Sequence record: SRR22947727_72
Reading direction: 5' to 3' (one strand)
DNA length: 37,323 nt
Shown here one piece after another: positions 8,659-15,834 of the stretch. The position numbers and the translations under genes were made by a program. The notes below the pieces were generated by a model. That model saw only the letters and a list, made by a program, of their open reading frames with translations, was not told the origin of the DNA and ran no database searches. The stretch's first letter is position 1; each line of letters starts with the position of its first letter.

Positions 8659-9420
8659 ATGATTAATTTATTTGCTATTTTTACAATAGTGAAATTTCGC
8701 ATTCGAGAGTTTGCATATGAATATAATTACTCAATTTTAGCCCCTCTTATATCTAATCTATTATTTGTTATTATCTTTTCAACGTTAGATAGATATTATT
8801 CGTTATCATTAGATGGCATAACATTTATTGATTTTTTAGTACCAGGGTTAATTGTTATGACGGTTGCTCAAGAAAGTTTTGACAACCCTTCTGTTTCAAT
8901 AATTAATAGTAAACAGATTGGCTCATTTGATGATTTTTTATTAGCTCCATTATCAAGAATAGAAATTTTTATTTCTTATGTTGTTTCTCAAATAATTATT
9001 GGATTAATTTTAGGTTTGGTTAATTTTATTATCTTATCCTATTTTATTTCATTTAATTATTTTTCTATATTCAGTTTTACTTATTATTTAACTTTGGTAA
9101 TTATTTTCTTTGCATCCATTGGTTCAGTAGTTGGGTTTCTAGCATATAGATGGGATACACAAAGCACAGTTTCTAATTTTTTTATAAGTCCTATAAATTT
9201 TTTATCAGGTACATTTTTTTCAATCAATGCCCTACCTGAAAGTTTTAAAGTTATTTTACTTTATAATCCTTATTATTACATAATCTCATTTTTTAGGGAC
9301 TCATTTTATATAAAAACAGAACTTAATTTATATATAAATCTCATTATTATAATGTTTGTGTCATTGATATTTATAATATCTGGATACATTTTTTATAGAG
9401 GGTATAACGTTATAAAATGA
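8659..9420 (+). CDS. ABC-2 type transporter permease (YadH-like)
   Basis: Multi-TM protein with FIDFLVPGLIVM, LLAPLS, FLSGTFFSI and YNPYYYII motifs. Confidence 0.8.
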   Translation: MINLFAIFTIVKFRIREFAYEYNYSILAPLISNLLFVIIFSTLDRYYSLSLDGITFIDFLVPGLIVMTVAQESFDNPSVSIINSKQIGSFDDFLLAPLSRIEIFISYVVSQIIIGLILGLVNFIILSYFISFNYFSIFSFTYYLTLVIIFFASIGSVVGFLAYRWDTQSTVSNFFISPINFLSGTFFSINALPESFKVILLYNPYYYIISFFRDSFYIKTELNLYINLIIIMFVSLIFIISGYIFYRGYNVIK

Positions 9421-10007
9421 ATGAAATAATCTTTAATTTTTTGATAAATTTAAATGAATTTGTAAGTACTTATTATATTTATTCATTTTGTTTATTTTTT
9501 ATTATTTCGACATTATATTTTACTTTTTCATTGCCAGGTGGAATTATTATTTTACTTAGTTCAGGATTTTTTTTTGGTTTTATTGGGGGTTTTTTTTTAA
9601 ATATTATTTCAATATGCTTGGGAAGTTTAATTTTTATTATATTTTCAAAAACTTTATTTAGAGGTTTATTTGAAAAATATTATGTTAAATTTTCAGATAA
9701 GCTATCTAAATTTATTAAAAGTTCCTCATATGAATATTTAATATTAATAAGACTAATTATTGGCCCACCTTTGTTATTTCAGAATATTTGTATTTCTTTG
9801 CTCAATATTTCAAAAACCAAAATTTTTATTACATCATTCATTGGGTTTACGCCCTTAATGTTATTATTTTCTTATTTAGGAAGTCATGTCTCAAACATAA
9901 TTGAATTAAAATCTTTTACAATTGGTGATATATTTACGTCTGAAATATTAATTATTTTTGGTTTAATTATTTTATTTATATTTTTTAGAATTTTTTTTAA
10001 AAAATAA
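9417..10007 (+). CDS. TVP38/VTT (DedA superfamily) membrane protein
   Basis: Hydrophobic, with SLPGG...SGFFFG..GG and LILIRLI.GPP motifs. Confidence 0.7.
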   Translation: MNEIIFNFLINLNEFVSTYYIYSFCLFFIISTLYFTFSLPGGIIILLSSGFFFGFIGGFFLNIISICLGSLIFIIFSKTLFRGLFEKYYVKFSDKLSKFIKSSSYEYLILIRLIIGPPLLFQNICISLLNISKTKIFITSFIGFTPLMLLFSYLGSHVSNIIELKSFTIGDIFTSEILIIFGLIILFIFFRIFFKK

Positions 10008-10010
10008 TAA

Positions 10011-10766
10011 TTATTTTTTTTTCGCTTTATTCCAAAGTAAATCATAATTCTTCAAAGACAATTTATTTAAATTTAAATTTTCTTTTTTAGCTAGACTCTC
10101 TAATTTTCTCCACCTTTTAGAAAATTTATTATTGGCTTTTTTTAATATTATTTCTGGATCAAGTTTTAATTTTCGTGAAACATCAAGTGTGGCAAAAATT
10201 AAGTCACCTAATTCTTCTTTTATTTTACTATGATTCTGCGCTTTTATTTCAACCTTTAATTCTTCTAATTCTTCTGAAATTTTATCAATTGCATCAAATT
10301 TATTTTTATAATCAAATCCAACCGAAGCAACTTTTTTTTGTATTTTATTTGCTTCTAAATACGCCGGGTAAGTAAAAGGAATATTATCTAGAATTGAAAG
10401 CTGTTTCTTTTTCTTGCTCTTTTCCCACCATAATTTAAATTCTTTCATATTTTTGAATTTTTTATTTTTAAAAACATGTGGATGTCTTGAGATCATCTTA
10501 GATGTTATGCTCTCAACAACATCAAAAAAGTTGAATTTATTTTTCTCCGAAGCTATTTGAGATAGATACACAACCTGAAATAATAAATCCCCTAGCTCTT
10601 CTTTTAGTTCATTATAATTTTTATTATGTATTTGTTCAGCTACTTCATAGGCCTCTTCTATTGTATGAGGTATTATACTCTCCATTGTCTGTTTTTTATC
10701 CCAAGGACATCCACTGTTTGGATCTCTCAGTTTTTCCATTATTTTAACTAATTTATCTATTTTCAT
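10011..10766 (-). CDS. mazG: Nucleoside triphosphate pyrophosphohydrolase MazG
   Basis: LRDPNSGCPWD, IEEAYEV, two EELGDL motifs and RHPHVF. Confidence 0.95.
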   Translation of the reverse strand: MKIDKLVKIMEKLRDPNSGCPWDKKQTMESIIPHTIEEAYEVAEQIHNKNYNELKEELGDLLFQVVYLSQIASEKNKFNFFDVVESITSKMISRHPHVFKNKKFKNMKEFKLWWEKSKKKKQLSILDNIPFTYPAYLEANKIQKKVASVGFDYKNKFDAIDKISEELEELKVEIKAQNHSKIKEELGDLIFATLDVSRKLKLDPEIILKKANNKFSKRWRKLESLAKKENLNLNKLSLKNYDLLWNKAKKK

Positions 10767-10776
10767 TGCTTAAAAT

Positions 10777-10806
10777 AAAAAAAGCCCCCTTAATGAAGAG
10801 GGCTTT
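10777..10806 (-). terminator. Rho-independent terminator of the small membrane protein pair
   Basis: Minus-strand stem AAAGCCCUCUU-CAUU-AAGGGGGCUUU running into a U tract (A run at 10777-10783 on +). It starts 18 nt after the stop at 10825. Confidence 0.85.
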
Positions 10807-10824
10807 AAATAATAATAAATTTAA

Positions 10825-11043
10825 TTATCTTCTAGCTAACCAGTATAAAATACCTAGTACGATAATACCTGTTAGACCACTTCCTCCAAGAGAAGAAACT
10901 AGTCCGGTAATATTACCAACTACAGCTGTACCAATAAAAGGAACTGAGGGACCAAAAATGATACCTAGAACTACACTTAGTGGAATAATCACTAAGGCAA
11001 CATCCATTACTCCTCTTAAAAAACTTTTTGCTGAATCCATCAT
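10825..11043 (-). CDS. Small hydrophobic membrane protein (72 aa), paralog of 11070-11300
   Basis: AAGGAG RBS 7 nt upstream, clear similarity to its neighbour, and a downstream terminator. Confidence 0.85.
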   Translation of the reverse strand: MMDSAKSFLRGVMDVALVIIPLSVVLGIIFGPSVPFIGTAVVGNITGLVSSLGGSGLTGIIVLGILYWLARR

Positions 11044-11069
11044 TGCTTAACTCCTTGTTTAAAGAAATT

Positions 11070-11300
11070 CTATCTACTTCGATTATAAAGCCAAATTATT
11101 ACAGCTATTGAGATTAACCCAACCAGCCCTTGACTGCCTAACTCTGCAGATAGTGCCGTGATGTTTCCTAGGATTGAAACTCCTAAAAAAGGAACTCCAG
11201 CTCCAAAGATAATTTCGAGAACTACAGCTGCTGCAATTACCATTAAACCTAATTCAGCAATTTGCCTCAACCAATTCTTTACAGTATTAAACATATCCAT
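11070..11300 (-). CDS. Small hydrophobic membrane protein (76 aa), paralog of 10825-11043
   Basis: GAGGAG RBS 6 nt upstream and the shared motif VVLxIIFGxxVPFxG...GNIT...LG..GL.G.I...WL. Confidence 0.85.
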   Translation of the reverse strand: MDMFNTVKNWLRQIAELGLMVIAAAVVLEIIFGAGVPFLGVSILGNITALSAELGSQGLVGLISIAVIIWLYNRSR

Positions 11301-11511
11301 AATTAACTCCTCGAACGTTTGTTCATCACGTTACTTAAGCTTGTCTTAAGATGGGATCCCATTAGCTTTTTTAAAAATATCATTAATCAGAATATTTCAC
11401 AAAAGATTAAATATATGAAAAATATATATTATTTATTCATTAATTTGTCTTTTTTGTCAGTGAATCGAATGAAAAGCATGTTTATAAAAATAAATAACTG
11501 ATAAATATAGA

Positions 11512-11898
11512 TTATTTAATAAAAATACTCTTATAATTTAATAATATATAAACTAAATATAAGCTTACAAAAATGGCTGAATATATAGTAAAATCTATTA
11601 TAAGTGTATTTTGGGCTGAAAATTCGTTGTAAAACCTAGAAAAAATTAAGCCTAAAGTTTGTAAAATAGAAGTGATTGTAATTATCATAAATAAATCATA
11701 ATTTTTTGATGGATAGCGATAGACATACAGTAAACCCAAAAATAAAACCCCACAAATAGAAGCACCAATATTTCTAAGCCAAGCAATATTAGTAGGTTCT
11801 GCCTGTGTCAATTCTGCAAAAAAATACGGTGCAAAAGAAAATACTAAGCCATATAAAAGAGAGAAAATAGATATTAATAATAGGCTTATTTTAATCAT
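11512..11898 (-). CDS. Hypothetical four-TM membrane protein
   Basis: 128 aa ORF filling the gap, with four hydrophobic segments. No family recognised. Confidence 0.7.
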   Translation of the reverse strand: MIKISLLLISIFSLLYGLVFSFAPYFFAELTQAEPTNIAWLRNIGASICGVLFLGLLYVYRYPSKNYDLFMIITITSILQTLGLIFSRFYNEFSAQNTLIIDFTIYSAIFVSLYLVYILLNYKSIFIK

Positions 11899-11982
11899 AA
11901 ATAAAAACTATCTTAATCTATTTAAATATCTATATTTTTATTAGAAATATATAAGAAATATTGAAATCGTAATGGGAGTTCA

Positions 11983-12216
11983 ATGATAAGGTTTGTTTTA
12001 GTAATTATAGTAATTGTAGTAATTTTACTTATACTTAGATCTAGATCTAAAAGTAATATCAAAATTAATCAAAATAAATATAGAGCTATAATATTTATCA
12101 TTTTAGTTCTTGGCCTATTATTTTTAATAGCCACATCGGGAAGATATATTTTGCCACAAATTTTGCAATTAATTAAAGTAGGACTTCCTTTTTTAACTAA
12201 GTTCATAGGTATTTAA
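11983..12216 (+). CDS. Hypothetical small membrane protein
   Basis: 77 aa with two hydrophobic segments and a GGGAG RBS upstream. It ends 1 nt before the next gene. Confidence 0.65.
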   Translation: MIRFVLVIIVIVVILLILRSRSKSNIKINQNKYRAIIFIILVLGLLFLIATSGRYILPQILQLIKVGLPFLTKFIGI

Positions 12217-12217
12217 A

Positions 12218-13078
12218 ATGTATTATAATAAATCTGACTTACCACTAAATAAAGAAATGTTAAATTTTTGGGACAATAACGGGTATTTAATAATAGAAGA
12301 TTTTAAAACTCATAAAGAGTGTGATGAATTAATTAATAGGTCTAAGGAGCTTATTGAAGAGCAAGATTTTAATAACCAACAGTCAGTATTTGATACTGTT
12401 AGCCAAAGTCATAATGATGATAATTATTTCTTGGAGTCTGGAGATAAAATTAGATTCTTTTTTGAAGAAAAAGCAAATCTTGATGAAGAAAATGTAAAAA
12501 CAAATAAACAGTATATAGTTAATAAAATTGGTCATGCTTTGCATGACCTAGATGATAAATTTATTGCATTTTCTAAAAATGAACAACTTGACCAAATTGC
12601 TAGATCGGTAGGCTTCCAGGATCCTCTTTTATTACAATCAATGTATATATTTAAACAGCCTAAAATAGGAGGTGAAGTTGTTTGCCATCAAGATTCTACT
12701 TTTTTAATAACTGAACCAGAGAGCACTGTTGGCTTTTGGTTTGCTCTTGAAGATGCGAATAGAGATAATGGTTGTTTACAGGTTGCCAGCGGTGGTCATA
12801 AAGGCCCTCTGCGTAAATTATTTAAGAGAGAGAATAATCAAATGAAAATGGAAGAGCTATCTAATGAGCCATTTCCAGAAACTGATACTTTTGTAGAAGT
12901 GAAAAAAGGCACTTTGGTTTTACTTCACGGAAGACTTCCACATTATTCTTGTGAAAATAAAAGTCCTAATTCAAGACATGCATATACTATTCATGCCATT
13001 GATGGAAAATCAAACTACCTTGATTATAATTGGTTGCAAAGACCAAGTCTAAAACTTAATGGCTTTAGAAATGCCTAA
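12218..13078 (+). CDS. Phytanoyl-CoA dioxygenase family Fe(II)/2OG oxygenase, PHYHD1-like
   Basis: YFLESGDKIRFFFEE, NKIGHALH, QSMYIFKQPKIGGEVVCHQD (HxD), distal His in LPHYS, and SRHAYT. Confidence 0.9.
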   Translation: MYYNKSDLPLNKEMLNFWDNNGYLIIEDFKTHKECDELINRSKELIEEQDFNNQQSVFDTVSQSHNDDNYFLESGDKIRFFFEEKANLDEENVKTNKQYIVNKIGHALHDLDDKFIAFSKNEQLDQIARSVGFQDPLLLQSMYIFKQPKIGGEVVCHQDSTFLITEPESTVGFWFALEDANRDNGCLQVASGGHKGPLRKLFKRENNQMKMEELSNEPFPETDTFVEVKKGTLVLLHGRLPHYSCENKSPNSRHAYTIHAIDGKSNYLDYNWLQRPSLKLNGFRNA

Positions 13079-14015
13079 AAAAATTATACTAGATTGTGAT
13101 CCAGGACATGATGATGCTGTGGCTATAATGCTTGCTGCAGCCTCAAAAGAAATTGAATTACTAGGTATTACTTGTGTTGGTGGAAATGTGGGATTGGACA
13201 ATACTGTTAATAACGCTTTAAAAGTTTGTACATTAATTGAAAGAACTGATTTAAAAGTATTCTCTGGAGCAAAAAAACCAATTCATTATGATTTGTTTAC
13301 TGCTGAATATGTCCATGGAAAAACTGGTTTAGATAAAAAAGGTGATCCTATTGAAGTTAGTTCTAATTATAAAGTTCAAGAACAGGATGCTATAGATTTT
13401 ATTATTGAGACTTGTAAATCTTCTAATGATCAGATTTATTTATGCCCTACGGGACCTTTAACTAATATTGCTCTAAGTTTACAAAAAGATCCATCAATAA
13501 AAGAAAAAATAAAAGAAATAATTTTTATGGGTGGGGCAGCAATGTGTCTAGGTAATACAACTCCATCAGCAGAATTTAATATATTTGTTGACCCACATGC
13601 GGCAAACATAGTTTTAGGTTCAGGCATTCCAATGACAATGATGGGTTTAGATGTAACTCATCAAGTTAATGTAAATAGAAATATTATGAATTATATGGAA
13701 GAAAATAATAATAAAAGTTCTAAATTTTTTAGTGAGCTAATGGAGTTTTATACAATTTTCCATAAAGAATTATATGAAACAGAAGATACCCCTCTTCATG
13801 ACCCCTGCGTTATAGCCTATTTATTAGATCCGAGTATATTTTCAGGAAAGCTAGTTAACGTTATAGTTGAAGAAGACTCTGAGTTAACAAGAGGTGAGAC
13901 AGTTGTTGATTGGCTTGGTGTGACGAATAGAAAACCAAATTGTTTTGTAATGGATAAAGCTGATGATAAAAAGTTTTTTCAACTACTTAAAAACAAGTTT
14001 GCAACTTTACCTTAA
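13071..14015 (+). CDS. Nucleoside hydrolase (IUNH/Rih family)
   Basis: DCDPGHDDA, VHGKTGL, TGPLTNIA, AEFNIFVDP and LHDP. ATG at 13071 is preferred over 13059. Confidence 0.93.
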   Translation: MPKKIILDCDPGHDDAVAIMLAAASKEIELLGITCVGGNVGLDNTVNNALKVCTLIERTDLKVFSGAKKPIHYDLFTAEYVHGKTGLDKKGDPIEVSSNYKVQEQDAIDFIIETCKSSNDQIYLCPTGPLTNIALSLQKDPSIKEKIKEIIFMGGAAMCLGNTTPSAEFNIFVDPHAANIVLGSGIPMTMMGLDVTHQVNVNRNIMNYMEENNNKSSKFFSELMEFYTIFHKELYETEDTPLHDPCVIAYLLDPSIFSGKLVNVIVEEDSELTRGETVVDWLGVTNRKPNCFVMDKADDKKFFQLLKNKFATLP

Positions 14016-14923
14016 GGATTAAATTTTTTTGAAATTTTGCCTGCCAATAATGCGTTGTTGATAATTAAAGCAGTATTTGCTTCAAGTGTTTTATTTTTAG
14101 AAAGGGCATTAATCTCTGCAATTAAAAAAGGCGTTAAATTTTTACCTCTTACGTTATTTAATTTTGCTTTTTCAATTGACTTATTAATCCAGTTTTCTAT
14201 TAAATTTTTCTCAATTGAGTATTTCTTTGGTACTTTATTAAAAATTAAAACAGAAGAATTGTGATTTGTTTCTTCTATAATTTTTAAGTAATTAACTATA
14301 TCCTCAATATTTGTAAAATTCTGATCGACATTATATATTGTTTCATTATACCAAAAGCCTGGCATGAAATCTGATTGGTATGAAATTCTTGGTATGCCAT
14401 ATGTTTCAAGTGTCTCAAAAGTTTTCTCTAAATCAAGAATTGATTTGGCTCCACTTGATATAACAAACATTCTATTTCTGCTCAGTTCAGTTAGGTCTGC
14501 AGAAATATCACTATTATTTTCCGACCCTAGATGAACACCGCCAATGCCGCCAGTTGCAAAAATTTTTATACCAACTTTAGAAGCTATATTTATGGTTGTT
14601 GCAACTGTCGTAGCTGCATTATGTTTGTGAAAGAGTGAAAGCGCAATATTGTGCAAAGATACTTTTTCAACATTTTTAGATGTTGCTAAGAGCTCAATTT
14701 CATGATCATCTAATCCAATTATGATGTCACCATTTATAATTCCAATTGTTGCTGCTACACTCCCGCTATCTTCAACCGCTTTAATTGACTCTTTTGCAAC
14801 ATTTATATTCTCTGGATAGGGTAACCCATGACTGATTAGGGTACTTTCTAAAGCTACAATAGATTTATTATTTTCTAGAGCTTTTTGTACTTTTGTATTT
14901 ACCTTAATTTTTTTTGAAAGCAT
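14012..14923 (-). CDS. psuG: Pseudouridine-5'-phosphate glycosidase
   Basis: VALESTLISHGLPYPEN, ATTVA, FATGGIGGVH, DISADLTEL, GAKSILD and GKNLTPFL. Confidence 0.92.
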   Translation of the reverse strand: MLSKKIKVNTKVQKALENNKSIVALESTLISHGLPYPENINVAKESIKAVEDSGSVAATIGIINGDIIIGLDDHEIELLATSKNVEKVSLHNIALSLFHKHNAATTVATTINIASKVGIKIFATGGIGGVHLGSENNSDISADLTELSRNRMFVISSGAKSILDLEKTFETLETYGIPRISYQSDFMPGFWYNETIYNVDQNFTNIEDIVNYLKIIEETNHNSSVLIFNKVPKKYSIEKNLIENWINKSIEKAKLNNVRGKNLTPFLIAEINALSKNKTLEANTALIINNALLAGKISKKFNP

Positions 14924-14924
14924 T

Positions 14925-15824
14925 TTATTTTTCAGATTTAACTAAAATATTTTTATTTATTTTTTTAACAGAATTATAGTTGAGATTAATTTTTCTTTTT
15001 TTGCTTTTAGCATATAATGTCCCTGCTGCAACTGCAAGTGATAGGGCTCTATTCATTTTATGATCTTTTGATTTATAATAAATATAAGTACCAGTCATTA
15101 CATCTCCAGCGCCATTTTCATTAATAGGCTTTATATTGGGTGGTTTGCATGAAATAAAATTTGAAGCTTCATATCCATAAGTTTTTTTATCAGCGTCTGA
15201 TACAATTATATTAATATAAGGATTTTGATTAATAATTTTCATAATTGATTTCTTGATGTTTCTAATTTTGCTAAGTGAATATAATTCTTCTTTATTTAAT
15301 ATAAGACAATTAATTTTTTTTATTATTTTTTTAACTTTATCAATTTTAAAAACGGATGTCCCACAAATTGTAATATGATTTTTCTTAAAATTTTGACTAA
15401 CAACTGAATGAATAAACTTTTCTGAAAAGTTTAAATCTAATACAATATATTTATTAAGAAATTTTAGATTGGTTGTTTTAGTAAATTTTTCATAGGCATC
15501 AGTATTTGCTATTCCTAATTCAAATTTTTTATATTTGTTAATAAGAACCCCGTAATATCTTTTTTCAATTTTTTTATTCAGTGGAATAAAATCTATTTTA
15601 TTTTTTTTTAAGTAAATTATAGTTTCTTTATCACTCATTAATGAAAAGAAACTGACGTTTTCATGATTAGAGATCATTCTTGCAACATTATGTGCTACAC
15701 CACCATAACTTTCTTTATGTTTTACTGGGTTTGTCCTGTATTTAATAAGATTATTTTTTAATTCAAATACATAATCTTGATGAACTGCACCAAAGAATAT
15801 AAAATTATTTTTAATTTTCTTCAT
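14925..15824 (-). CDS. PfkB family kinase, divergent; probable pseudouridine kinase
   Basis: GGVAHNVA and NENGAGD motifs. It lies directly upstream of psuG in the same orientation. Confidence 0.7.
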   Translation of the reverse strand: MKKIKNNFIFFGAVHQDYVFELKNNLIKYRTNPVKHKESYGGVAHNVARMISNHENVSFFSLMSDKETIIYLKKNKIDFIPLNKKIEKRYYGVLINKYKKFELGIANTDAYEKFTKTTNLKFLNKYIVLDLNFSEKFIHSVVSQNFKKNHITICGTSVFKIDKVKKIIKKINCLILNKEELYSLSKIRNIKKSIMKIINQNPYINIIVSDADKKTYGYEASNFISCKPPNIKPINENGAGDVMTGTYIYYKSKDHKMNRALSLAVAAGTLYAKSKKRKINLNYNSVKKINKNILVKSEK

Positions 15825-15834
15825 ATAAATATAT

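Noticed and set aside
11312-11325. CGAAC-GTTT-GTTC resembling a Gram-positive LexA box
   Set aside because: The gene content is alphaproteobacterial, where LexA recognises a different direct repeat. It is better treated as part of the leader structure or as chance.
10175-11501. Plus-strand ORFs 10175-10375, 10766-11050, 11158-11349 and 11319-11501
   Set aside because: The first three are antisense to mazG or the small-protein pair, which own the RBSs and terminator. The last is low-complexity AT-rich promoter DNA without an RBS.
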